DNA from: Octopus bimaculoides
Lineage: Eukaryota
Assembly (NCBI RefSeq): GCF_001194135.2
Contig: NC_068981.1
Location: forward strand, 19,677,167 to 19,739,015
Length of the DNA: 61,849 nucleotides
Direction: 5' to 3'
The position numbers and the translations under genes are program-made. The notes under the pieces are model-generated. The model saw only the letters and a list, made by a program, of their open reading frames with translations. It made no database searches and was not told where the DNA came from. Shown in pieces: positions 1 through 12,156 of this stretch (position 1 is the first letter of the stretch; each line of letters begins with the position of its first letter).

Positions 1-32
<32 letters not shown>

Positions 33-44
33 TGTGTGTGTGTG
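1..44. repeat. (TG)n microsatellite
   Basis: Direct reading. Confidence 0.95.
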
Positions 45-899
45 CTTGTGTGCTCACGTGTGCATAGTCATTTAAATCGTATCAACACAGCTTCAGAGTA
101 AACTATGAGTAACTTCAGTGAGTCTTTATAAGTTTATGAAAGAAAATCCGAGAAGAAATGAGATAAAGTGACCTTCGTGCTTTTCTTAAATGCATTATCA
201 ACATAGGTGAAATGAAGTAACAGTTGTCATCAGTGAAAACAGTGTGAATACCTGGTTTCCAAAGCCTTTTCTCTATGGTTGCCTAAGTTACTTATTTCTT
301 ATAATTCTACTATGGGATTATACAGACATTATACCGGTTTTCAGAGGTAGGTTATACAATATAAACTTTATGTTATTGTAGATCTATGGTAGAATATTCA
401 GGATGATCTTCGAAAATTACGTTTTAAAACTATTACTTAGAAAATACGAAAGAGTGGTTAAATTTTAATTATTGAGTAAATTTGTAATATCTACTTTCAA
501 AAAAGTATCAGTTCTGCAAAGAAATTTAAAAAAAAAAGCAGTTAAGTATTTTCGATATTGCAAATAAAAAATACATACATATCGAATGAAATCGTAAAGA
601 AATCAGAGTAATCTGTCAGAGTAATCTGATATCCTGTAGTCTCAACGATACAAAATTAATTATTGAGTTTTCGTGTTCTTAAACTTAGGAGCAGTATTAG
701 TAGACAGAGTAGAAGTTTTTACATTACTACTGTGTTCTCCGTGTCTGTGTTTTACATATTCACCTTTGGATAAGTTGATCTCAAGATATGTCAATGGATA
801 TTTAAAGTGCAAGCTCTGACTAGATAACGTCAGAAATACTGGAAAGTATATAGTGTGAAAAGTAACAATAGATTAGAATTCAATACGCATCAGAGAACA

Positions 900-1360
900 G
901 TATTTGCTGTGCTTAGTTCTCGAGGCGAAGCTGTAGAAGTCACAGTCTTATATAAACTTGAAGGTCATTCCAGTATCTTGTAGAATAGAAGAAACAAATC
1001 TCGTTGTCTTTTATATTTGCTGTTTGAAAATACATTCAGTGCGTAAGTGTTGGGAAGTCCTTAAAATGAAGGATTTTGGAAATTCCTAGTTGTTAAATTC
1101 TTCTCATGAAGGAGATTATAATTTTCAGTCGGAACAATGTCACCGAGAGAATTATTATTAATAAATTTTGAATAACTTTTCTTCTCTGTTTAGTATTGAT
1201 TCATTGAAGTTTAGCTTAAAGATTATCGACTCTCTTACGATTATATATGTTAAATATAAGACAGATAAAAGCAGTATTCTTGTATGGTTGAAGTTTATTG
1301 ATGTTGGAGACACTGGTGCTAACAAGCAATTATACTTATCTAACGCACCGATAATCAATG
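900..1360 (-). mobile_element. Possible 3' relic of an RLE-type (R4-like) LINE
   Basis: Minus-strand TLIIGALDKY resembles the IIGALG motif at the C-terminus of R4/Dong ORFs; the rest is very decayed. Confidence 0.3.
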
Positions 1361-1480
1361 TGTGAATAATGATTTTACAAAGAACCGAAAACCAGAATTT
1401 GTAAATTTTTTTATTGCTTGCTCAGAGGAGGAAGGGTAGTGACCATAACCATTTTTCTTGGTCTCTGAGACTGGTGGCGG

Positions 1481-1481
1481 A

Positions 1482-1512
<31 letters not shown>

Positions 1513-1536
1513 GAAGAAAGAAAGATAGAAAGAAAG
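1481..1536. repeat. (AAAG)n microsatellite
   Basis: Direct reading. Confidence 0.9.
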
Positions 1537-2577
1537 TTGATTTGGTCCGAATGCTTGCAAAACTGTAGATTCCGCTAGACGCATGCAAGGACTGTGAGGT
1601 TAAGTAAAACCGAACGACAATTCAACGGTCTTCCTGAGATGAAGACAACTGCTATCTAGGACATGGGTTCCTAATCAGGAAACAGTTCTCTCCCTACAAA
1701 ATGGGGTGTTAGAGTTTCAATGGGCAAATTGTGGCCACTATTCATTCAATAAAGTGTGATGCCCTCTCGATCAGTGATAGAAATGTGGAAGAGCGGGGTT
1801 AAAACGTATTTCCAGACTTTTCACTGATTTTTATATATTGTTATATTTTTTATGTCCAAGTCAACTAATGGCGACATTTATCATTATCTATCTTTTATTA
1901 GCTTTCTATCAATAAAAATTAACTTGTCTATTAATTGTAATTATGCATGCATATTTTGTTCAATTCGCATAATAAAACATAATAAAGTTGAGTTTATAGT
2001 CAACTACACAGTAAAAATGGTTCAGTATCCTAAATGAACCATAGGAGCTTAGGGAATAGGAATGGCTACTGGGTGGTTTTGTGAAGGCCATGTGCATGAG
2101 TCCCCACTCTCAACTCCCGTGCATTGGTGAGAGGAAGAAGTGAAGTTGCAATTTGTATTTCATTATTCATTATTACCATAAAATGATATTGCTTTGCAAA
2201 TATTCTGCATAATTTGGTATATTATGTATTCAAATAGAAATTAAGTATACAAATATAAAATTTGTCTTTCATAATATCGGCATGTATTTGATTGTGAGGC
2301 AACACTGAAGAAGCATAAAATACTGAAATAATGACGGTAGTCTATGAATCATACCGCCGTAACACTATACCAAAATGTGAAGTTTGATCGCTATCATTGG
2401 AATTACTGGGTAAAACAGAGGTGGGGAGAGAGGCAATTGCTACTCCACCGTTCTACATCTACAGTATTCATACCTTAAACCTAAAACTCGTATTTCCTGA
2501 GGATAAAAAGTGATATCATTGAATAATGCCTCACTCTCACAATCAATTATTTTTCTAACTTCGTAATATTCCATCAC

Positions 2578-2942
2578 TGTTGTTGTTGGCACTCCGTCGC
2601 TTACGACGTCGAGGGTTCCAGTTGATCCGATCAACGGAACAGCCTGCTCGTGAAATTAACGTGCAAGTGGCTGAGTACTCCACAGACACGTGTACCCTTA
2701 ACGTAGTTCTCGGGGATATTCAGTGTGACAAGGCTGACCCTTTGAATTACAGGCACAACAGAAACAGGAAGTAAGAGTGAGAGAAAGTTGTGGTGGAAGA
2801 GTACAGCAGGGTTCGCCACAATCCCCTGCCGGAGCCTCGTGGAGCTTTAGGTGTTTTCGCTCAACGCCTGGTCTGGGAATTGAAACCGCGATCCTATGGT
2901 CGCGAGTCCGATGCCCTAACCACTGGGCCATTGCGCCTCCAC
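2578..2942 (-). mobile_element. tRNA-derived SINE, family A, near full length
   Basis: Minus strand begins GTGGAGGCGCAATGGCCCAGTGGTTAGG (A box), has a GGTTTCAATTCCC B box and an (AAC)n tail. Highly similar to copies at 7866, 19917 and 31977. Confidence 0.9.
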
Positions 2943-2959
2943 ATTCTATCACTATACAT

Positions 2960-3010
2960 GTAGGGTTGAGCTTCAACCGGTTCGCACCGGTTCGCATGAA
3001 CCGGTTTAAA
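2960..3010 (+). mobile_element. Possible hAT/MITE terminal region with AACCGGTT repeats
   Basis: TAGGGTTG...AACCGGTTCGCACCGGTTCGCATGAACCGGTT; repeated palindromic subterminal motifs of the kind seen at hAT ends (from memory). Confidence 0.3.
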
Positions 3011-3439
3011 ATTTCTCTTTTAACACGAAAACCAGTTTTTAACTTTCGTATCAAGTATTTTTGCAGTAAACATCTCTGCAAACAAAAATGTACCGTATAT
3101 ATTTGCACTATTTTCGCCGTATACGTTTTCGCAGGAAAAAATTGTCGGGTATCTATACCGTAATATTTAAAAATACGATAAGGGTACTTTATTTCAACTT
3201 ACAGTCTAATTTGTTGTAATTCGCTTCTTAGAAACAAAGTACCAATTACAAAAATATCAATAACAATAAAAACGAAGGTTAAGCAATACATTGTTTTCAT
3301 TCTTGAGTTAGTTCTGTCTTCTACGTTGTTAGAGTTATTGTTTGAGGGGATTTGCTTGATTTTTTTCTTCTTTTAGAGTGTTTTGCATTTTGTCTTTTCG
3401 GAGGGGGGTGGTTTTGAGTTTTTTGTTTTTGTTTTTTAA

Positions 3440-3900
3440 TAAATCGTATTTATTTTTACACAGAACCTGTGTTTACAGTTTTAAGTTTGGTAACTCAGTT
3501 AACGCGTTGTTAAATCTTCCCTAGTTCGCACACTGAATACCAGTGTTAGTAGAATCTTCTGATTACGGTTTGTGAAACTGCGAACACGCACGTAAATTTT
3601 GTTACAGGTACTGTGGAAAAGTCTTGGCTTGAATCTTCATCCAAAATAAGAGCTACTATTAGTATTAGATTCGTATAACGTGACATCCACAAACTATCTG
3701 AGCGTCTTAGGCATGAACTTGTATATTAAAGTCTTTTGGGGTGTCGCTTCCTTCATTGCTGAAGGATTTCTCTGTAATCCTCGAGCATAGATAATGGATA
3801 CAGCTTTACCGCATCCCTAGTTTTCAAAACTTGCTCCAATTATTACTGCTGATTAAATGAAGAAATCTGTAGAGTTGTAGTTTTTGTTTAATTTAATCTG
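3440..3900 (-). mobile_element. Penelope-like reverse transcriptase relic
   Basis: Minus translation ...KFMPKTLR*FVDVTLY... resembles the PLE RT motif PKxWxRFVDD; many stops and frameshifts. Confidence 0.35.
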
Positions 3901-3950
3901 TGACATCCATTAAGATTTATTGAATTTCACAGATATAATTTTTTTTTAAA

Positions 3951-4430
3951 TGGATAAATATTCCACTTTTTCTATTTCTCAATGATAACTATATATGGAT
4001 ATATTCGTTGACTCATTGTTTTTTTTTTATTCACAGAAATTGGAGAGAGCAATAATTTATAATTTCAATATAGATTCATATTACTCATAAAGGAAAGGCT
4101 TCAATTTGTGGCAAAGATGACTCAATGATGCTAACTCAATTAGATCGACATTTGCAGAATGTTCATCCTCAACACAAGAACAAGAAAAAAAATTGTTTAT
4201 TTAAACGTCATAGGAATGACCTTAAAACGACGAAGTTGGATTCAACAGGGGCAGTCCATGAAATAAACCAAAAGGTTATTAAAGCTTCTTATATTATCCA
4301 CTAGAGATAGCAAAAAAAGAAGAGAGAGAGGGGGTAGAAATAGAGAGAGGGGTATAAAGTGAGAGGGAGAGAAATGCATACAAGGGAAAACTTTGACCAA
4401 ACTTGGTGATTTCAAAATGTTGGAAACTGT
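3951..4430 (+). mobile_element. hAT (Buster/Charlie-like) transposase N-terminal relic
   Basis: Fragments MDKY, MMLTQLDRHLQNVHPQHKNK and KVIKASYII..EIAKK..HT resemble Buster-type 'LxRHLxTKHP' and 'ASYxxxxxIAKxxKPHT'; interrupted. Confidence 0.45.
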
Positions 4431-4479
4431 ATTGTTCAGATGGTGTACTATTTATGTCGGAAACGAAGTCTAGTTTCCG

Positions 4480-5640
4480 TGTTCGTGTGAGAAAGCGATC
4501 ACCTCAAATGTCAAGAATTCGCTGTATGATCCATAGGCTAGCTTTAATAACGCTTCCAGTTCCCCTAAGGATGATTTTGGATCAAACAATTCCAAGTGTG
4601 AATTTTGTCAAAGAGGAACCCTCACCTCTCGACTTGTCTGACAGTTATGATTGGTATGGATATCATCTGAATACCCTGAATATCGTCTGCCTCAAATTCT
4701 TCAGATCCCATCTTCTGTGCCATTTGTACAATGCTATTAATGACTGAGACTGTTTCATGGTCACTCTTATTATCTCCCGTCACTACATTCGAAGACAATT
4801 TTTTACGAGCTTGAATGATACATTAACGATTAACTTCTTCTGGCGCATCTTTAATATTCTTTGTTGCTTCGGTCATGTTATAATTTTTCCAGGAATTTTT
4901 GATGCCTGTGATCAACTACGTAAAGTTCTCCTAAGATAATATGCGTTGAAAACGAAAATATCATAAAAGTTTTTAATAGAATGTAAACGACTTCAGAGAT
5001 ACGATTATCTGGAAAAGAATCGAAAGATAAAGATTAACAGAAGCTTTTATTCAAATGCCGACGTTGTCCAAAAGCAGACATTTTCACGGAAACATTCGGT
5101 AAAAAAAAATGTATTCTGTGAGGTTTTCATGTAACAAACCGATTAGATTTGAAGACACTTTTTTTTCATTTCATCATTTTTGTAATATTAAATTTCAAAA
5201 CTCCAATTTCGTACCTCTAATGCGAGACGGATCTTTTGCTGTTTTATATTTCAATACTTTCCATTTCACAACCGAAATTAAAATTTTTTAAGGGTAGCCG
5301 CTTCGGAAATAGTCCATAGTTTTCTACATTAAAAACTAAAGCCTGCAATTGTGCTGAGAATTCCAAAGCAACCCGAACGTCAGTATTGCTGATTTTCTTG
5401 TTATCTATTGGAAGACAACAGGAAAATCACCAATTCTGGCTTTCCAGCATTGCTGAATCTCCAATGGAGATTAGATCTATCTACGAGAAGCAACAAGCGT
5501 TTGAGCAGCGATTCCTTCAGATTCTTCCGTTTCAACTGTCTAAATACTTTTAACGTATTTTCCTGGATAATGGTTCGGTAGGGTGGCCAATAATGCTGTC
5601 AAACATCCACACAAAAACTAAACATTTTTTCACAATTTTT
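4480..5640 (-). mobile_element. Tigger/pogo-like DDE transposase relic
   Basis: Collinear minus-strand fragments: KRLLLLV..NAGKP, LLLDNVGH, FFPDN, FNAYYLRRT, IKNSWKNYNMTEATKNIKDAPEEV; these match Tigger DDE_1 domain motifs. Confidence 0.6.
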
Positions 5641-6438
5641 TTATGATTTTACTGTGTGCCATTTTAGTTTAACATCATTACATTCACTTGACTTTTTATA
5701 TGATAACATATTTTGTCAGATTGATACATTATGGTTTTCAGATTTGACAGTGCCATTCCAAATGATTCTGCAACGACACTTTTTCTCCTTCTACTCTTTA
5801 CATAATCTTTAGTTTGGTATCTAATGATACTGCTTTACGCTTACGTGACATGATGCAATAACAAAAGTACTGAATAAATTTATTTTTTTAAATTACTGTG
5901 CTTTAATAAATTACTAAATTACTACACAAATGGTACGATGTTGTGCGAGCAAACATCTTAAAACGGGAAAGAAATAAAACAAAACAAATGTAACTGATTG
6001 ATTGTTTTCTTTTGTGTGTGCTAGTAAAGCAACAAGGTGGTTCCTTATAAAACATAGTTCAGTTTGGAAAGAAAAACTCCGAGGAGGCCATTCAACGAAG
6101 ATGTTCAGCTTCTTCTTCTTCTTCTTTTTTTTTTTTTTGTCTTTTTTGTAAGTTCGCCAATTGCTGCAATGGTAATAAACTTCATTATGACTTGGTTTCC
6201 TACACAGACGAAACGTATTTATGTATATATGATGCATATATCTACCTATACATACACATACATATACACACCACACACATGCGAACGAACGCACACACTC
6301 ACACAAGTAGAGATTGTATTTGTTTGGCAAGTAACTTGATCTGAGATTCTTATGTTAAAACTGAAACAATTATATTTTTATATTTCATTTCCTTTCACAT
6401 ACTACGATAGTATTACATAATATACTGAGTCACCCTCC

Positions 6439-6453
6439 AACACACACACACAC

Positions 6454-6533
<80 letters not shown>
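6439..6533. repeat. (CA)n-(GATA)n compound microsatellite
   Basis: Direct reading. Confidence 0.95.
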
Positions 6534-6708
6534 TAGTCAGGATCAAGGGTTGAGAGATCAGGTCATATTTAATATCAAATAAAATAAACCAGAGAAAAAA
6601 GTATAACTGATTTTTCTGTTGCGTATATAACTGATTTCGATGAAATTAATGAAAAATTATGAAAATTTGCATTAAATTTACTTATAGTGTTTACAATGAC
6701 TTGGTAGT

Positions 6709-6960
6709 GAAGGCGAGTTGTTTAGTGGTCAGAGTGTTCAGCTGATGATCCTAAAGTTGTGAGTTCAATACCTGAGCCGGTGATCACGCTGTCTTCTTCA
6801 GTAAAGCACCGCATTTCATGCAGTTTCAGACTGCTCTGCTGTAAATGATTACCAGACGATTGCTGGTATAGCTCTCTCATTTTCCCTCTCTTACATCGTC
6901 AGGGGCCGGAAAGGTGTCTGTAATTAACGATAGCAGGACACATGTTAGTAACTCATACAG
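6709..6960 (+). mobile_element. Diverged tRNA-derived SINE (family D-like)
   Basis: TTTAGTGGTCAGAG A-box-like and GAGTTCAATACC B-box-like motifs; weak similarity to the 9121-9474 copy. Confidence 0.45.
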
Positions 6961-6985
6961 CCAGTGTACTTTGTATGAGTGAAAA

Positions 6986-7026
6986 CTTCAGAAATATTTC
7001 GGTCTTATGAGACCTACTCAGTGAAG
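6986..7026 (-). ncRNA. Minimal type I hammerhead-ribozyme-like motif (degenerate, G8 to U)
   Basis: Minus strand: CUUCA-CUGAGUA-GGUC UCAUAA GACC-GAAA UAU UUC-UGAAG. Perfect 5-bp stem I and 4-bp stem II. Confidence 0.5.
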
Positions 7027-7182
7027 TGCGGTGTAATGGTAACAAATCATAAAATGAATCGGAGATGATACAGGTCTCGGATAAAAATCATTCCCTGATT
7101 AGATAATTAATTCTAATTAATCACCTAAGATCTTATAGTATGTAGTTATGTCCTCATGTGTGTGTGTCGAAAATTAGGGAAG

Positions 7183-7523
7183 GGAGTAGATAAAATCCAC
7201 ACTACATATGTTTCACAGCTAGTAGAACTTCGAAAATAGTAATTACCCAAACGAGGACTAATCCGCTCGCTACTCGTCAGGCCAAAGATACCTTAGTCAA
7301 ATGAAGTTTACGTTGTAGTCAACGGATCCCATGTTAACTTGTAGGAGATCTATCGAAAATCCTGTGAGTTAACACGGGATCCCTTGACGACAAAGTAAAC
7401 CTCATTTGATGAAGCCATCTTTGGACCGACGGGTAGCTAGCAGATTAACCCTTATTTGGGTAATTATTACTTCCGAGGTTCTGCTAGCTATGGAACATAT
7501 GTAGCGTGCATTTTATCTACTCC
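7183..7523. repeat. Long palindrome/foldback element (164-bp arms, 13-nt loop)
   Basis: Position p pairs with 14706-p along the whole arm with no indels; hand count about 134/164 Watson-Crick pairs. Confidence 0.95.
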
Positions 7524-7865
7524 AATCCGTCATTTTGGATTTTAATTCGCATATACAGCAACTCCAGCTGCCAACCGTAAACTAGAAAATAACTTTTTAC
7601 AGCTTATCGAACTTCGATATGAGAGAAATTTACAACCTTCTACGTCAATAAACCGCTATTGTTGATGAAAGTTGTTTTTTTTTTTACCTTCTGCGGACTT
7701 TTCGAAGCTTATTAATTTCCTACACCTTGATTCTTGGATCTTAACTTTACACATGTGTGTGCGTGCGCGCGCATAAGACTACACATAGAAAGAGCGCAAG
7801 AGTAAAAAACCTATTATAATGCAAGAAATAGAAAAAATGTTTTTCTACCTCAGATATCTTTGCAT

Positions 7866-8254
7866 GTGGAGGCGCAATGGCCCAGTGGTTAGGACAGCGG
7901 ACTCGCGGTCATAGGATCGCGGTTTCGATTCCCAGACCGTGCGTTGTGAGTGTTTATTGAGCGAAAACACCTAAAGCTCCACGAGGCTCCGGCAGGGGAT
8001 GGTGGCGAACCCTGCTGTACTCTTTCGCCACAACTTTCTCTCACTCTTACTTCCTGTTTCTGTTGTGCCTGTTATTCAAAGGGTCAGCCTTGTCACACTG
8101 TGTCACGCTGAATATCCCCGAGAACTACGTTAAGGGTACACGTGTCTGTGGAGTGCTCAGCCACTTGCATGTTAATTTCCCGAGCAGGCTGTTCCGTTGA
8201 TCGGATCGACTGGAACCCTCGTCGTCGTAAGCGACGGAGCGCCAACAACAACAA
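7866..8254 (+). mobile_element. tRNA-derived SINE, family A, full length with TSD
   Basis: A/B boxes, (AAC)n tail, 10-bp TSD ATCTTTGCAT at 7856-7865 and 8255-8264. Confidence 0.93.
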
Positions 8255-9120
8255 ATCTTTGCATATTAAATTTTTGATACTAGAATGTCATTTTGAAAAG
8301 ATTTTACTTAAAATCAACTGTTCGTGTCTTGCCCCGGAGGCCGACTGAGGTAATTCGGATCTAATACCTGATTTATTAACATTCTCCAGTAATCTTTCTA
8401 ATTCCAGCATTCATTTTAGTCAGCTAACTAAAATGTTAATTTTTTTTTAAGGACCTATTAATAGTTGGATGTAATATAGTTAATATAATTGCCTATAGTA
8501 ATAGTATAATTACTGGGAAATACAGATTTCATACAAAATATGTGACTGATGTATAAGCAGCATCTAAAAGCATTTCATTTAATGCTATAGAAAGTAAGAA
8601 GTAAGCCTTAGCAATGCAAGAAATAAAATGTTTAGTTTTACAAATTTTAATGTCTTTATATCTTAAAAATTTGGACATTAAAAATCGACATCGAAATTTT
8701 TAAAACTGAATACATTTAAAATTGTAAAACTGTATGTTTTATTTTTTGCCTTGTTCTCTCTTTCTATTACATTATAAGATATTTCTAGATGCTTCATACA
8801 CTACAATTACACATACACACACACACATATGTGTCCGCAGCGTAAACATATCTTGTGTTTTCCTTTTTCTTCTCTCATTGCTTTTTTTTTCTTTGATAAA
8901 ACATATAACAAGGAACGTTAGCTCTTCTTCCGATTCTTTTCATTTGATCCATTTATTTTCATTGTGTACATAACTTGATTGTTATTATTACATTTTGTTT
9001 TTTCCGTTATTTGTACCATGTTTTGGCTGTTTTACTGTTTATTTTTTGCCCCCTCCCCGCTTCCATCTTGTCATTTTCGTTATGCGTGTTTCTATCTTAT
9101 GTGCGTTTTTCTCTTATGTA

Positions 9121-9474
9121 TAAAGGGTAAAGACTCTTTAGTCATGAATGACCATGGGATTGCACCTAGAAAATTCCCCTCCAAGGCACAAGTCCAGGTA
9201 AAATTGTTTATGGAAGACCAGCAGCCGCCCATGCATACCAGCCTTTCCTCTCCACGCCACCGATGTTATTCAAAGGAAAGTCAAATGCCGATACGGCTTG
9301 GCACGTAAGACTCATTTCTACAACTCATTCTACGACTCATTTCTACAACTGAGTGAATTGAAGCAACGTGAAAATAAAGTCTCTTGCTCAAGAAAATAAC
9401 ACACGGTCCGGGAATCGAACTCAATACCTCATGATTGTGAGTCCGACGCTCTAGCCACTGAGCCATGTGCCTTC
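9121..9474 (-). mobile_element. tRNA-derived SINE, family D
   Basis: Minus head CATGGCTCAGTGGCTAGAGCGTCGG...GAGTTCGATTCCCGG, then a CORE-like CTTGAGCAAG block; second copy at 57331. Confidence 0.85.
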
Positions 9475-9511
9475 ACATCTTACGTATATATAATGCATAT
9501 GTATTATGTGT

Positions 9512-9589
<78 letters not shown>

Positions 9590-9739
9590 GCGTAGGATAT
9601 TTGAGGACATACCTTTTTTTGAGTCATTGCTGCATTTCTTGCTAACTCTGTATGATCTCTGTTCCAGAAAACAATAATGGCAGACCCTTAGCTTACTTAA
9701 GAAATGAAAAGGCATGCTGTTACTGTAATTATAAAGAAG

Positions 9740-10410
9740 ATTTTGATTTGGTTTTTCCTAAACGAGAAAAACTTCGATTAAGATCAAAAAGTTAACAGAA
9801 GAAATGACAGATGATTATGTGCAGGCCCTTCTAAAGTTCCAAGTGTTACGTATACAAAATTTCCTGCAACTGTCATGGTTTTAGGGGTTGTCAGCAATGA
9901 AGGACATGTGATGCCTCCTTACTTCTTTCCAAAAAGCCTTAGAGTTAACTCTGCCGCCTACACTGAAGTCCTGGAAACTATTGTTAAGCCCTAGATAGGC
10001 CGTATATTTTATGGAAGGCCATATGTGTTTCAGTAAGACTCTACACTGTCACACATGGCTCGAGTAACACAGGAATGGATCGCTGAAAATTTCCATGATC
10101 ACATAACCCATAATATTTGGACTATAACATGTGGAGCGTTGTTCAGAGAGAGTTCAATGAACACGCCTATAACACCAAAGATTCTTTGAAAGCTACCGTA
10201 GTCAGAGTTATATCCAAAATGAACCAGGACCACTTTTTTCGAGTATGTAGATGATTTAGATGCTGAAGGTGGCTTTACTGAATGACATTATAGAAAAGAA
10301 GGTTTATTTTTATCGCCATAGCATTTTTTGATAAATAAAGTTACGTGATATTATATATCTGCTGTTTTATAAGCATAAATTGTCCTCATATAGCTTACGC
10401 ATACTCTGTG
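9740..10410 (+). mobile_element. Tc1/mariner-superfamily (maT/DD37D-like) transposase relic, 3' half plus terminus
   Basis: WFFLNEKNFD*DQKVNRRNDR..TKFPATVMVLGVVSNEGHVMPPYFF..YVFQ*DS..HNIW[deletion of the PSSPDLNPLD-type motif]YNMW..AEGGFTE*; ends in TACTCTGTG (TIR-like). Confidence 0.8.
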
Positions 10411-10593
10411 TGTGTATATATATATATATTCTACATATTATGATCATTACGTAACTCTGGGCTTCCTGCAACAGCTGTCGAGTTAAGAAATTACATTTTT
10501 TATTCTATACTTTTTATGCTCTATGTAAAGCTGAGTTTATTTCCATTACTCCGTGTGTATGTGTGTGTGTATGTATGTGTATAAAGAAAGAAG

Positions 10594-10700
<107 letters not shown>

Positions 10701-11649
10701 GAATGAGAAACTGAGAGAAATGTATGGCAATTTCAGTTCTTAAACTTAGTCTATTATTTTATTCCAGCTACATATCTTATCTTGGTAATCTGACGACCAC
10801 TGGTTTTGAGCAAGTTTGAAAAATATTCCTCTTTACCTCCGGTTACATCTCTAGATAACGTATGATCTCCGTTTGCTAGAAAAAATAAACACACTTCCTT
10901 CAAATCACATCTTCAATGGAGTAGCTCTAATTACATCTTATCTGTTTAAAAAATAGGTTCATCACACTTCGTGCGCAGGACTGCACATTGAGGACAGACC
11001 TTGCGTTAAACAACAATCGTAACAACAACACTGGTATAGGAGATTATTCTTTTCTCTGTAAATAAGCCAGTCGCTGTGTTCCCTCAAATCAGTTCGTTAA
11101 CATTCGGAAATTATTAACTGATACTCTATGTCACAAACTGATATTTTATTTCTGATATTGGCATAAGGTCAAAAATTCTGAGATACAGCCGGTTGCGGCA
11201 GCGGCAGCGGTGACGGCGGTGTCGGCGGCAACGGTGACGGCGGTGTCGGCGGTGACGGCGGTGTCGGCGGCGACGGCGGCGTTAACTCGTATCTGAGTAG
11301 CAGATCTGTAGCCAGAGATTGAACTTCTTCATCCAGATGTGTGCGAAGGGTACTGGTGCCTGAGGTTCTGCTCAGGCTATGGGCCGTATAGAAGAGCCAG
11401 AGGTATTTGTGCCAGCCCAGTCGCATCCGACCACTGCCGGAGAACCACAATACGGCACTTCTTGGGTAGGACGACCCTCACGTAAGAGGTTTCCAGCTGC
11501 CCAAGCCTGCCCCCGTCACCCCATTTACCGTCGCAACTGGACTCAGGGAAAGGAAAGGAGAGGCTCGTTGTTCAAACTACAGATAACCATCGCGTGATTT
11601 TCTTTAGGGTGGACAATGTGCTGCAACCACAAGGCTCACGCACTTGGCA

Positions 11650-11850
11650 ACCCGTCATGATTGGGATTGGTGACACACTGAGATAGAGTATAGTCGATTA
11701 AATCGAGCATAGTTCTTAACTGTTATGTTACTTTTCCCTCCCTGAAACGAGAAACGACAAATCTAACAGGCAAGGTTTAAAATCAGAACGCAAAATGCTT
11801 TAACTAAATAGCTACTAAGTATTTCGTCTGTTACCCTAACAATTCCGCCA
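11650..11850 (-). mobile_element. Highly diverged SINE family B copy
   Basis: GTCGATTAAATCGA and CAGAACG..ACTAAGTATTTCGTCTG remnants in reverse orientation. Confidence 0.35.
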
Positions 11851-12114
11851 ACTCACCATCTCAAATAAATGTTATGATGTCGTTAATCATTTGTTTGTTA
11901 AGTTTTGTTTTCAATAAAGCTGAACACCTCAAATGCATGAGGTTAATTTACTCAGAGCCACCATCTGCATGAAAACAAATGCAATGGTTAAATTAATTTT
12001 AACACAGTTAATATAAATATTAAGATTTTAATTAGAAACATTTATGTGATGAAGAAACAATACTAGCCGAATGACTAATAATATTTTAATCGTTTCAGCA
12101 AGTACAGAAGATAA

Positions 12115-12156
12115 TTCCGAACCACGTTTCGGTCATATTAGACCTCCTCAGTGAAG
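12115..12156 (-). ncRNA. Minimal hammerhead-ribozyme-like motif with intact core
   Basis: Minus strand: CUUCA-CUGAGGA-GGUC UAAUAU GACC-GAAAC GUG GUUC-GGAA. Same family as 6986-7026; stem I is weakened. Confidence 0.5.
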
